Both the position numbers and the translations under genes were made by a program. The notes beneath the pieces are model-generated. The model made no database searches, was not told where the DNA came from, and saw only the letters and a list, made by a program, of their open reading frames with translations. DNA of 64,000 nucleotides from Octopus sinensis (lineage: Eukaryota), in assembly GCF_006345805.1 (NCBI RefSeq), contig NC_043002.1:57536001-57600000 (forward strand), written 5' to 3'. Of this stretch, positions 50,831 to 64,000 are shown piece by piece. Positions within the stretch are counted from its first letter, which is position 1; each line of letters starts with the position of its first letter.

Positions 50831-52760
50831 TCGCGTAAATTCGCGTAAATTCGCGTAAATGGACATCTATCGAGACCTTTCGACATTGCACGTTCGGTCC
50901 GTCAGGGATGCCCCCTCTCGGCGCTTCTATACGTATTGACTCTTGAGCCACTACTGCGGAAGCTGGCGACTCTAAGGGTCATCCCGCGAGAATTGGGATG
51001 CGGGACGAGCGTGTCTGCATACGCGACGACGCGTCACCGTCATAGGTCTAGCCACGAGCACATCGAGCTGGTCGGCGGAGACACTGAAAAACTACGAAGC
51101 GGTGACAGGAGCGAAAATCAACCGGGAAAAGTCAGTGGGCTTGCGACTAGGCACCTGGGAAGCAAGCCCATGCCGTCCACCAGCGCCTCCGTCGTGGGAC
51201 CTGGACCGACGGCCCGGTTGAGTTGCGGGGGTCTGGTTTGGTCCGGACCTCCAAGTGGAGAAGAAAGGAACGAGATAACGAGTAGGGTGGTCACTCTCGC
51301 CCCGGCAATGGGCCGAGAGGAAACTGTCCCTAAAAGGTCGAGCGGAGGTGGCGAACACGTAATCGCGTCCGTCATCTACTACCGCCTGACCGTCGTACCT
51401 TGTCCCGACCCTCCCTACATCACCAAACTACAACGCATCCTCTTTCGCTTCTTGTGGAAAGGATGGTCCCGATGGTCAGGCGATCCATTTGCTGTCCAAC
51501 ACCCGTTAAAAGGAGGGCTGGGCATGCCGTTGTTGATGAGGCGCACACACGCGCTGAGACTGCGACATCTCTGGCTCTATGTAGACGACGGTGAACAGGT
51601 TGTGGTCGCGTTTGTGAGGCACGCTTTCCCGCAGCTCGTCTCCATGACCGAACTGCAGTCGTGGATCAAAAAAGAGGCCGAGGAAGGGCGAATGGCACCG
51701 CGAGTGTCGCGTTGCTCTCAAGCAACTCTGCCGTCCTGGGTCGACCTTAAGTGACTTCACACAACCAACCAAAGCATTCTATAGGGGTTTAGTGGAGGGG
51801 GGGAGGTACGACGACGAGCTCGGGGGCGAACCTGGACGTCGACGAGGAGTACCTGACCCGCCTGTTCAGGACGACTTTCGGGGCCAGGGCCCATGGACAA
51901 CTTCCAGAGATCCCTGGCCTGGCAGTGCTACCGAGAAGCGCTACCCGTTCGGATATAAGCTCTACAGACACGGCTCGAGGAAACACGGGGCCGACCTGCC
52001 CGAGATGCGCGTCAGAGCGACAAAACCGTTCTGCACGCACTCGTTCAGTGCCAACAATTTCCGACCTGTGGGCTTATGTCGAACAACTGCTGTCACGTGT
52101 GGGACGAGTCGGTTTATCAGCTGAGGTCTATCGTCAATATTGTCACGCCTCCTTCCTTCAACGGGAAGGAAGAGCTATTTTCATACCTGGGCTATGGCGA
52201 AAGATGTATCTGGTGGACGCGTCTGAAAGGATTGGAGACAAACACTTTCCTCTCTGGTCAATCTCTCATCAACTTCTTCAAGTACCCACTGAAAAGGAAA
52301 GTGAGAGTAGAGAGGCAAGTTTGTCTAGCGAATGTTTTAAAAAAAGGGATGGGTGAATGTAGCAAGAATGGCACGTATGAATGACACGAAGCCACCTTGA
52401 GCATAGTCCCTATGAACCCCAGAAATCGAAAACAGAGAGTTGCTTATTTGCAAAAAAAAAAAAAAAAAGAAATATAAATGTGACTTCATTGACCGAGGTA
52501 CCGTGGTCTTTTCCGTAGGCTTTCTCCCCTTTACACTTCATATTGACATTTCTGTGATAACGATCCCTATTGATCAATTTTTTTCCTCTCCCCCTTTTTT
52601 TTTAACCCCCCCTTTTGTTGTCCTCTTTCTCTCCTTTTACGGATCCTTTTGATCGAAACCCCCCCTTCCTTTTTTTTTTTCTTTACCCTTCAAAAGAAAG
52701 CTCTACCTTGTAATTTGTTCTATCTGTGTGCAGCCCTGTGTGGCTAATAAAGAAAAAACA
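50831..52760 (+). mobile_element. 5'-truncated Tx1-like LINE (copy C), RT C-terminal half to 3' end
   Basis: Colinear with 58760-60716, with many small indels and a ~27-bp 3' UTR deletion. AATAAA at 52746-52751, then (TATC)n from 52761. Confidence 0.95.
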
Positions 52761-52778
52761 TATCTATCTATCTATATC

Positions 52779-52849
<71 letters not shown>

Positions 52850-52934
52850 GATCTACCAAGTCACCTACTTTCCTACCTACTACCTACCTACCTACCTACC
52901 TACCTACCATCTATTTATCTATTTATCGCCCTCG

Positions 52935-52998
<64 letters not shown>

Positions 52999-53209
52999 AC
53001 AAAACGATTATGGATGAATGAATATATGTGTGTGTATATATATATATATAGATATGGTGATGGTGCTAACGCGCGGAACTCACGAATTTTTAACACCTGT
53101 TGCTTCTGCTAAATATGTGTGTGTGTTGATGTGTGTGTAAATATTTACGTATGTATGTATAAGTATACGCATATGCATCTATCCAGCTATATCTCCTTTA
53201 TACATGTAT

Positions 53210-53265
<56 letters not shown>

Positions 53266-54093
53266 TATATATAATTACACACACCTACACCTATATATGT
53301 ACATATATACACATATTCTTATAAATACAAGCTTTATACTTCGGAATCACTGCATCCCTCTTCCTGTAAAAGTTGAACATTCATGTACTCTGATAAAAAT
53401 TACTGACACAAAAAAAATTAATGTGTATATTTGTGTGTGCAGGTGTGTGCGTGTGCTTGTATATGTGTGTGTAAAGGTGTATTTATATATACCAAATAGC
53501 TTCTCATTCTTTCTTTGTAACAAATTAAAAATCAGAAAAAAAGCTATATGGCTTTACAACGCACAAAAATACGTAACATCCGCCATAGCAAAATTTGTTT
53601 ATATTGAAATATAATTTTCTATGATTCTGCTTTTCCTACATAAAAGGTTAGATTAAAACTTGTCATTGCTTATAATACAATAATCATATCTGTAAATAAA
53701 AGTAATTGAAGAGATTAGATAAGTTCTACAAGCACGTCGAGTGTTATTAACATAACATTACCAACGTCTTGTTGTAGTCCGGTGTGCTTTTACATCAAAA
53801 ACATACAACTTTTCAACTGAAAATAGTAATGGAGAAAGCCAACTGTCGGACACACTTTCCCTTATGGTGGACTATTTTCAACTGAGTAGTCATATATACC
53901 TGATGAAGAAGTATACCACCGGACGGCTAGAACACATTCATAATGTTACTTAAGATTTACCTTGGGTGAGTTTGAAACCGTTGTAGTGCTCGACCGCCCA
54001 TCTCTTCCATCGCTTTTATTAACCGACACACATACACACACACAGAGAAACACACGCACGCATGCATACATATATTCATACATACATATATAC

Positions 54094-54129
<36 letters not shown>

Positions 54130-54364
54130 GTATATATATATAATTTGAGGGTTTAGTTCAAAGGTGATCTAAGCGATTAGGTACGCTAGGTAAGTGCTGT
54201 AACGGATTACTAGGGCTCCAAGGTCATAGCCGAGACGGTAGTTATGGAGCCATTGCAGATTTCCCATATAGCAGTTATATAATTGTTTAAAGAGGACAAC
54301 AAACATTAAGGCATGGTAAATATCTACAGTCATATTACATTGTTATTTTTAGAAAAAAGATTCA

Positions 54365-56580
54365 GTCTTACAGCTGTTTCTGGGATATCCCAGAGTATGA
54401 GATATTCTGTCATAGGAGACAAATAGGGAAAATGCGAAGGGGATAGATTAATGAAATGATGACATAGATGACGAGAATAAGGGAATAAGGAAATGAACAA
54501 AAAGAAGAAAAAAGAAGCATTAAATTTCACAGTTCAACTTTCCGATCTTATAGAAGTAAGTCCATAAGTCCTTAGGTGCAACCCTGCGTAAATCCATGTA
54601 GGTTAAAGTCGTGATAGTGTAAATATTCAGAAAAATACGCGAACATATCACCGTTCAATAATAGAATGGTAGAATTGTAGCGGAGGTGGCTATTAAGTGG
54701 TAAATAGAAAGGAAAGTAAATAAATAGAAAGGGAAATAGATAGAGTGAGGGAGGAAGTTAAGGATTGGCGTTAAGGATAACATAAGATATATAAGCATAT
54801 AGTGTCTAAGAATATAGTGTACAAAGATAGCGAGAGAATGAGGAAGTAGAGGAAGATAACGTAATAAAATATACTAAATAGATCAAAATGAAAGGAATTT
54901 AAAAAGAGTAGTAGGGGTTAGTGGTATTCTTGTAGTCTGTAGGAGTTGGAGAGGAAACTAGTAGTAAATACTTGTGTCTGTTCTCGCTAAGGTCAGTGGC
55001 TGTAGAGTTATTTTTAGCAATGGGGTTATGGGTGTGTAGGTATTCGAGAATGGAGGAACTAGTTGAATATTAAATTATTTAGGAGTAGGAGTTTGAATTA
55101 AATATTAGGGGATTTATTAGGTTAACGTTTAAAAATAACAAAGAGTTAATATATATCTTGTAAAGTGATGAAGTAAGGTAGATAGAAGAGATATAGTGGG
55201 GGTATGTGTTAATGATCATGGGGATTTTATGTGGGTGTCATTCTTGGGAGTGAGCTTACATATAGATTTATGAAAGAATTTAAAAGTGCGGAAGAATTTG
55301 TGATTACACGTAGTGAAGGCTTCATTGGGTTTATTAAGCAATTATCGTAAGTTATGGGTTAAAATTTTGAGGGTTTCTTTTCAGCAGAGTCCGCAAATTG
55401 AGTGCTGTCACTAATATGGGATATCCGAGTCTATTATAGCCCAGTCCAGGAGAATTTATATTGTATTTTTCTATTAAATAGATGGTGTATGTGGCTGGCT
55501 ATTGAAGTGGAATTTCAATTTTCTTTATATTCAAATGTGTTTAAGTGTGTATAATATCTTTGTATTAAAATTGTGGTAGATCCAATGTGGCAGTTATAGG
55601 AGTTATTTACTATGTTGTGAACGGTGCATTGGTATACATCATTGAATCTTCTGCGTTGGGCTTGCAGTGGGCAGTCTGTCCCAGATCTGCAGTTGCAGCT
55701 ATTAGTTCTAAAATGGTTAATTGGAGAGAGAGAGAGTGGCTAGGGCAGTATTGGGTGATTCGTACGTGATATAGCTGTCATTATTGTCGTCATTTCTACT
55801 ATCAATATCAACGCCAGCATTACCATTATAATTATTATTGTCATCAGCGTTATCAGCATCGCTGTTACAATTATTATTATCATTACTACTAGTAGTAGTA
55901 ATATTACTAGTAGTAGTAATATAACTAGTAATAGTAGTAGTAGTAGTAGCAGCAGCAGTATTCGCATTATTGGCCGTAGCGTTAGTATTAGCAGTGGTAG
56001 TGGAGGTGGTATTAGTGACGTTATTATTGCAACTGTTAGTAGTAGCGTTTGTAATAGGAGTGTTAGTAGTAGTATTATTTTCATTAATGGAAATATGGCC
56101 GTTGGTTCTAATATTAATATTATTACAAGCCCTATTAGTAGTTGTAATATAGGTATTATTAGTTGTAGTGGTTATAATATAGTTAGTATTGTTAGTATCA
56201 GTGTGCCTATTAGTGTTTGTGTCGGTTTCAGTTGCGCACCCGTTACCCTCCGAGGTGGGAACTATATTATGTATGTTTGAGCTGTTTAAAGTGGTCGGGC
56301 CAGGGATATTGTATATGTTATTGCGATCAGTGTTAGTGTTTTCATTGTGTGGGTTTATGGTAGGGTTGTATGCATTTAAATATTAAGGGATAAGTTTACG
56401 TTTGTTACATGAGGTGATAATAGATTCTATATTTAGTGTATATGTATGGGATAATTTCTTCCAATAATAATGTATATGGCTTGAGACGTTTGCCTTGCCT
56501 TAATGATTTTTGTCCTCTTTAGCAATATGTATATGTATAAACATAGATAATATAGAGAGATTGATTGTTAGATAGAAGTG
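54365..56580 (-). mobile_element. Degenerate Penelope-like element (linker, Cys motif, GIY-YIG, pLTR hammerhead)
   Basis: Minus KKLSHTYTLNIESIITSCNKRKL (56460-56392); SCNCRSGTDCPLQ..NDVYQCTV..CHIGSTT..RYYTH (about 55700-55540); CGLC*KE..LLNKPNE. Degenerate hammerhead at 54365-54420. Confidence 0.8.
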
Positions 56581-56588
56581 TATGATTA

Positions 56589-56639
<51 letters not shown>

Positions 56640-56641
<2 letters not shown>

Positions 56642-56830
56642 GCCATGGTTGATCGCTAACCACTAAATTTTTTCATTCTCTCCCTCTTTATTTCTGTTCC
56701 TTTCTATCGAAGGGCGTAGATTCGAAATGTAAAAGACTTTCTCACTTCCTGAGCGTTAAACTAATACATCTGTTTGTTGTTTACACACCCGTCTTCGTCT
56801 TTTGTTTAGTTTTTTTGTAAATTCCAACTA
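56640..56830 (+). mobile_element. PLE-derived terminal segment (same family as 12180-12398)
   Basis: ctttctatcgaagggcgtagattcgaaatgtaaaagac...cctgagcg...ctaataca...cttcgtcttttgttt matches 12261-12380. Confidence 0.7.
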
Positions 56831-56858
56831 TATATATATTTGTTTATATATGGTGAGT

Positions 56859-57007
<149 letters not shown>

Positions 57008-60000
57008 GGGCCCTAAAGACCATGTTTGGCGGACAGTTCAACATTTATTTTTCCCCCTGTCTGCCGAGAATGGGCGGTAGTGGCACCGCGGTACTTTTTC
57101 ACAAGAGTCTGGATCTCAATGTAAGGACAATATTCGTAGACCCGGAGGGTAGACTGGTCGTCCTGGATGTCGACGGCAGCAATGGGTGCGCTTTTCGGCT
57201 CGTATCAGTTTACGCACCGCCCTTAACAGGTCGGGCGGATTTCTTTCAACGTCTAGAAGTTTTCTTGGGAACGTCTCGTCCTTTACTCTTAGTGGGGGAT
57301 TGGAATGCTACCTTGGACACGCATGTAGACTACGTGGGTAGAGATAGGAATAGACGGGGATGCAAATGCCTCAGAGACCTGCTCAGACGCTTTCAACTGT
57401 CTGACAGGTTTCGACTAGACCACCCGAATGCGCCAACGTGGACATGGAGCAACCGCATCGGGTCGTCGAGATCGTATCTAGATAGGATACTGTGTAGGAC
57501 AGTAGATAGAGATAGCATAGGATGTCCACAATTCCACATAGTCAGCTACACGGATCACAAACTTGTGACATGTACGCTAGACTTAGGTAAGACACTTAGG
57601 CAGGGTCCCGGATACTGGAAACTAAACGCGTCTTTCCCATCGAGACAAGTTTTCAGAGACCGGATTAGCACACTAGTAAAGAGGGCTTTGACGGGAGCCA
57701 TCATCAACAACAAATGGTGGTTTGCCCTCAAGAGAGCAGTAAAAGCAGAAGCGATTAGGTACAGCAAAGCACTAGCCATAGATAGAAATAGAGTAGAGGG
57801 TGAGCTAGTTAAGAAGCTAGAAGAGGCAATTAGAAGCGGCATCGCATCCGACGTTTTGGCGGCGAGGTTGGCCCTCGACCAACACTTCAACGCCAAACAC
57901 GAAGGATGTGCTGTCAGAGCTAGGATGCGTGCTCTAAGGAACGAAGGTGTTGGAGCCGCGAGAGAGGCCCGGGTGGCAGAGGCGCAACAGGGCAACAAAG
58001 CCACCATTCGGTCACTGGTAGATGAACAGGGGCGCGAATTGCTCGAGCCAAGTAAAATGTGTGAGGCCTTTCAGCAGCATTTTGCCCGACTGTTCGGAAC
58101 GAGTGGAGGGCAAGAACGTAGGGTGGACTTCAGTGCCTACCTACATAGCCTACCACGACTCTCGACAAGAAAGGCAGGGTGCTGCGAAGGTGCCATCACG
58201 GCGGCGGAAGTGCGGGAAGCGATGGCAGAATGCTCGAGGACAAATCACTGGGTTTGGATGGTCTACCCTACGAGCTTTACAATTGTATGCCAGACTTGTT
58301 TGGAGATCTCTTGGCGGCGGTGTACTGCAACTGGCAGCAAAACGGGAGCATTCCTGGTTTTGTGAGCCGAGGAGTCGTAACACTGCTGAAGAAAGATCTA
58401 AACAAGGGAAATGTAATAGATAACTTTAGGCCCATCACTCTGCTTAATGCAGACTTGAAAATTTTGGCCAAGGTGCTAGCCAAGAGGTTGGCGCTTGTCA
58501 TCGAGAAACTGGTCGACAAGGCGCAAACATGCGCCGTGCCAGGCCGGACCATCCATGACAACCTCCATCTGATGCGCTACATCATAGACAGGGTAGTTAA
58601 CGAACCTGGCATGGGTGGGGCCCTGATCAACTTGGATCAATCAAAAGCCTTTGATAGGGTAGACCATCGATACTTGGAGGCAGTCCTGAGAGCGGCTGGT
58701 TTCGGTCCCGTCTTCCGCGGCTGGATAGCTGCCTTGTACAGAGGCATCCGTTCGGTAATTCGCGTAAATGGACATCTATCGAGACCTTTCGACATTGCAC
58801 GTTCGGTCCGTCAGGGATGCCCCCTCTCGGCGCTTCTATACGTATTGACTCTTGAGCCACTACTGCGGAAGCTGGCGACTCTAAGGGGCATCCCGCGAGA
58901 ATTGGGATGCGGGACGAGCGTGTCTGCATACGCGGACGACGTCACCGTCATAGTGTCTAGCCACGAGCACATCGAGCTGGTCGGCGAGACACTGAAAAAC
59001 TACGGAGCGGTGACAGGAGCGAAAATCAACCGGGAAAAGTCAGTGGGCTTGCGACTAGGCACCTGGAGAAGCAAGCCCATGCCGTCCACCAGCGCCTCCG
59101 TCGTGGGACGCTGGACCGACGGCCCGGTTGAGTTGCTCGGGGTCTGGTTTGGTCCGGACCTCTAAGTGGAGAAGAACTGGAACGAGATAACGAGTAGGGT
59201 GGTCACTCTCGCCCGGCAATGGGCCGAGAGGAAACTGTCCCTAAAAGGTCGAGCGGAGGTGGCGAACACGTACATCGCGTCCGTCATCTACTACCGCCTG
59301 ACCGTCGTACCTTGTCCCGACCCTACCATCACCAAACTACAACGCATCCTCTTTCGCTTCTTGTGGAAAGGATGCGTCCCGATGGTCAGGCGATCCATTT
59401 GCTGTCAACACCCGTTAAAAGGAGGGCTGGGCATGCCGTGGTTGATGATGCGCAGACACGCGCTGAGACTGCGACATCTCTGGCTCTATGTAGACGACGG
59501 TGAACAGGTGTGGTCGCCGTTTGTGAGGCACGCTTTCCCGCAGCTCGTCTCCATGACCGAACTGCAGTCGTGGATCAAAAAGAGGCCGAGGAAGGGCGAA
59601 TGGCACCGCGAGTGTCGCGTTGCTCTCAAGCAACTCTGCCGTCCTGGGTCGACCTTAAGTGACTTCAACACAACCAAAGCATTCTATAGGGGTTTAGTGG
59701 AGGGGAGGTACGACGACGAGCTCGGGGCGAACCTGGACGTCGACGAGGAGTACCTGACCCGCCTGTTCGGGACGACTTTCGGGCCAGGGCCCATGGACAA
59801 CTTCCAGAGATCCCTGGCCTGGCAGTGCTACCGAGAAGCGCTACCCGTTCGGGATAAGCTCTACAGACACGGCTCGAGAAACACGGGGCCGACCTGCCCG
59901 AGATGCGGTCAGAGCGACGAAACCGTTCTGCACGCACTCGTTCAGTGTCCAACAATTTCCGACCTGTGGGCTTATGTCGAACAACTGCTGTCACGTGTGG

Positions 60001-60716
60001 GACGAGTCGGTTTATCAGCTGAGTCTATCGTCAATATTGTCACGCCTCCTTCCTTCAAACGGAAGGAAGAGCTATTTTCATCATCCTTGTGGCTATGGCG
60101 AAAGAATGTATCTGGTGGACGCGTCTGAAAGGATTGGAGACAAACACTTTCCTCTCTGGTCAATCTCTCATCAACTTCTTCAAGTACCACTTGAAAAGGA
60201 AAGTGAGAGTAGAGAGGCAAGTTTTGTCTAGCGAATGTTTTAAAAAAAGATGGGTGAATGTAGCAAGAATGGCACGTATGAATGACGAAGCCACCTTGAG
60301 CATAGTCCTATGAACCCAGAAATCGAAAACAGAGAGTTGCTTATTTGCAAAAAAAAAAAAAAAAAAAAGAAATATAAAATGTGACTTCATTGACCGAGGT
60401 TACCGTGGTCTTTTCCGCAGGCTTTTCTTTCCACGGGTAAACCTCACCTGTCCTCCCCTTTACACTTCATATTGACATTTCTGTGATAACGATCCCTATT
60501 GATCATTTTTTTTTCCTCTCCCCCCCTTTTTTTTTTTTTTTTTTTTTTTAACCCCCCTTATTTTTGTCCTCTTTCTCTCCTTTTACGATCCCTTTTGATC
60601 GAACCTCCCCCTTCCTTTTTTTTTTTTTTTTTTTTTTTTTAATACCTTCAAAAGAAAAGCTCTACCTTGTAATTTGTTCTATCTGTGTGCAGCCCTGTGT
60701 GGCTAATAAAGAAACA
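57008..60716 (+). mobile_element. 5'-truncated Tx1-like (L1 clade) LINE, 3.7 kb (copy D)
   Basis: ORF2 with APE, RT and CCHC; about 400-nt 3' UTR; AATAAA at 60705-60710; (TATC)n at both ends; no ORF1. Confidence 0.95.
57022..60313 (+). pseudogene. Tx1-like ORF2 (APE endonuclease lacking N-terminus + RT + zinc knuckle), disrupted
   Basis: EN: VSVYAP, VGDWNA, TWTW..SYLDRI. RT: GLDGLPYELY, FRPITLLNADLKILAK, LDQSKAFDRVDH, VRQGCPLS, AYADDV. CPRCGQSDETVLHALVQC. Frameshifts at about 58240 and 60062; TAA at 59163-59165, where copy C has CAA. Confidence 0.93.
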
Positions 60717-60753
<37 letters not shown>

Positions 60754-61429
60754 GCTTGTCAGTCTGTCTGTCTGTTTGTCTGCCAGTCTGTCTGTATGTT
60801 TGTATGTATATGTGTGTGTGTGTTTGTATTTGTGTGCGTGTATTCATTATATGAATAATTTTATACAAACCTAAACAAGTATTTGCATACGGCGTATAGC
60901 TTTATCGGATGCATATGTACGCATGGGCGCGCGCACGTCCGTGCATTTTGTGCCCCCATCACATACATTCATGCCTGTGTATGACTCTACATCAATTTAT
61001 ATACCCTCTTATTATACAAATTTATTCAGAGTTATATAATCAATAGAGTGACTGAGGCAATAGTTAATTAACACTGGTAATTAACACTGTAGATGGTGTC
61101 AGCGTTTGATGTCATACTTGCAGTGGTGGTGGTGGTGGTGGTGGTCATGGGTGGGACGCGAAGTTATGACGGTTGTTGTTATCATCGTGTTTGTTGTTTA
61201 GAACGAGATAAGTTTCGATTGAGTATATCCATGAAAGAAAAGCCTTTGATTTCAGGGAGAATTGACTGCTATTTCTCTCCGATCCAAAATGGCACCTGTA
61301 GACTTCCTCGTTATAGTTGTAACGATGGGGATGGCGGCTGTGGTGTCAGAATTAAGAAGAGGCAATGGTGGCTCCATGTTGAATATTCACATGTGATATC
61401 GCATTGATATTCATGATGATGGTGGATGT

Positions 61430-61682
61430 GGTTTCGATGGCCATAGTATGACAGATGCAGAGCAACAGCAACAACACCAAGGGTAGCAGCAACACTGTAG
61501 CTGCAGCAACAGCAATCGTAGTAGTAGTGGTAGTAGTGATAGTAGCAGCAGCAGTAGTAATAGTGGCATTAACAATAATAATACTAGTTATATTAGTAAT
61601 AATAGATGTAGTAAAACTAGGAGTACTAGCAGCAGCGGCAGAAACGGGAGCATGCCGCAGCACATGCAGCAGCAGCAGTAGC

Positions 61683-61776
<94 letters not shown>

Positions 61777-61800
61777 GCAGTGGTGGCGGAGGTGGTGATG
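61430..61800. repeat. (AGT/AGC)n trinucleotide tract
   Basis: Direct reading. Confidence 0.92.
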
Positions 61801-62204
61801 ACATGTGTTATGCAATATGTGAAATGGTGGTGTTTAGGCTAGTAGCGGCGGCGATGGTGGTGTGTTCATGTAGTAGTCCTAGATGTACTAACAAGCGGTA
61901 CGGCGTGGATCGAACTGCGAACCACGCTGCGCACAGATGAACTTACTTCATCAGTCTTTGTCATTTATATATATATATGTGTATACATACATACATACAT
62001 ACATACACACACATATATATATATGTAGATATGTATATATATATATATATTTGTATGTATATATATATATATGTATATACATATACACGTATGGGCGTGT
62101 ATCTGCATATGTATATGTGTGTGTGTGTGCGTGTGTATATGTACACACACATATACACACGCGCGCACAAAACACACATATACATACACGCTCACACATA
62201 TATG

Positions 62205-62362
62205 GGTGCAGGCGTGGCTTTGTGTTAAGAAACTCAAATCCTAACCAGATAGCTCCTGGTTGAGTCCTCCTGTGTGACACCTTGGGCAAGTGTCTTCTCC
62301 TACGGCCCGGAGCCGACCAAGGCCTTGTGAGTGGATTATGTAGACGGAAACTGAGAACCTCG

Positions 62363-62365
<3 letters not shown>
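62205..62365 (+). mobile_element. SINE family B, 5' part (diverged)
   Basis: gcaggcgtggctttgtgttaag ... accttgggcaagtgtctt ... ccgaccaaggccttgtgagtggatt..tagacggaaactga. Confidence 0.8.
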
Positions 62366-62404
<39 letters not shown>

Positions 62405-62696
62405 GCACACACACACACACACACACACACATACATGTATGTATGTATGTATATATGTAGAGCTGTACATACATACAATACCGGTAGATTGGTATTACTA
62501 TAGTAAATACCTCTGCATGCAGATGTGTATGAAGCAGTGATCTATATATGAGAACCACCGCGTATATATTATGCATGTCAGTGTACGTATGGGCTTGTGT
62601 AAACCGTTGGATGGAGTTACCTCCCTTTATGTCTTAAGGCAATTTAGCCAATCTCTGACGTGGATAGGGTGAGCAGCTATCGATTAGGAGGATGTA

Positions 62697-63161
<465 letters not shown>

Positions 63162-63555
63162 TTAGATGTTTGAGACAAACATGTCGATCAATATGAAAAT
63201 GTGTACATTTACTTTTAACACACTCTTGTGCATTGGAACGTGAAATGCATTCATCGCGGGATTTTGTCACGGAGAAACTATTCTTTCTAAAAAATTTTAA
63301 ACACAAACTTAACAGAGAAAAATATTTCTCATTCGAGTCAAAAGTCACGCGGCGAATGTATTTTTTTTCTTTTACGTTATTGTGTACAAGAGTGTGTTGA
63401 AATTAAAATGCCCACGTTTATATAAGTATATATGTATATGCATATGTGTGCATGTGTACGAGAATGTACGTATATGTTAGTATATATATATAAATGCACA
63501 CACGCACACACACACACACACACACACACTAATTTGAAACTGACTTATTGGAAGT

Positions 63556-63598
63556 CCACCTGAAGATTGTCGATCAAGACAAGTAACAATTGTAGTGG
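63556..63598 (+). ncRNA. Solitary type I minimal hammerhead with one core mutation (GAAA>GTAA), at a probable PLE terminus
   Basis: CCAC-CTGAAGA-TTGTC gatcaa GACAA-GTAA-C aatt G-TA|GTGG: stems I, II and III all pair. Confidence 0.65.
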
Positions 63599-63770
63599 CG
63601 GTTTTTTGACTATTTATTAAAATTTTATGTATTGATTAAGTCTTCCTTGTTTGTTTTGCAAATAGTGGTTTTGTCTCTAATAATATTTTATAATATTTTA
63701 CTATAAAATTGGATTTAATCCTAAATCTGATTTTTTCCCTGTAAATTTGGATTTATTCCCTAATATTTAT

Positions 63771-63826
<56 letters not shown>

Positions 63827-64000
63827 CGCCTGTCATGAGTGCAGGAGATGTGGGTTTGTATCCCAGTGGCACCGTTCGACTTTCTATCCGAATAGGTTTT
63901 TACGACCCAATATTTCATATGCTATTATTTATAGCTTTATATGTACATCGAGATCCACTGTTCCAAAGAGGAATTGTTCGATGTTCTATCGAAAGTTTAT

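Noticed and set aside
55587-55769. Plus-strand ORF with GVIY..VYI resembling GIY-YIG
   Set aside because: Coincidental; the coherent PLE motifs (CNCR..CPL, VYQC, HIG) are on the minus strand.
57022-60128. 447-, 328- and 320-aa ORFs as three host genes
   Set aside because: They are consecutive pieces of one broken LINE ORF2.

Overview
AT-rich, microsatellite-saturated animal DNA, most likely from an octopus. That assignment is an inference from recalled SINE families and microsatellite density and needs a database check. I can identify no host protein-coding gene; almost all ORFs in the track are translations of simple repeats. The window is a nest of mobile elements: four copies of an L1-clade Tx1-like LINE, R4/Dong-like RLE LINE fragments, RTE fragments, Penelope-like element (PLE) remnants, two mariner transposons, several MITEs/palindromes and three tRNA-derived SINE families. 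Four observations stand out. (1) A 404-bp x3.6 tandem array at 39833-41294 has a complete type I minimal hammerhead ribozyme in every unit, the architecture of a non-LTR retrozyme predicted to yield ~404-nt circular RNAs. (2) Every visible microsatellite-side junction of the Tx1-like family lies in (TATC)n, suggesting a GATA-microsatellite-targeting LINE. (3) A 1.54-kb ORF1-only (HAL1-like) Tx1 derivative with a candidate 9-bp TSD lies at 42188-43730. (4) The Tx1 LINE, the ORF1-only element and two tails of one SINE family share a 3'-terminal 4-bp hairpin with a CTTGT-type loop and compensatory stem changes. Feature boundaries are approximate unless motifs are quoted.
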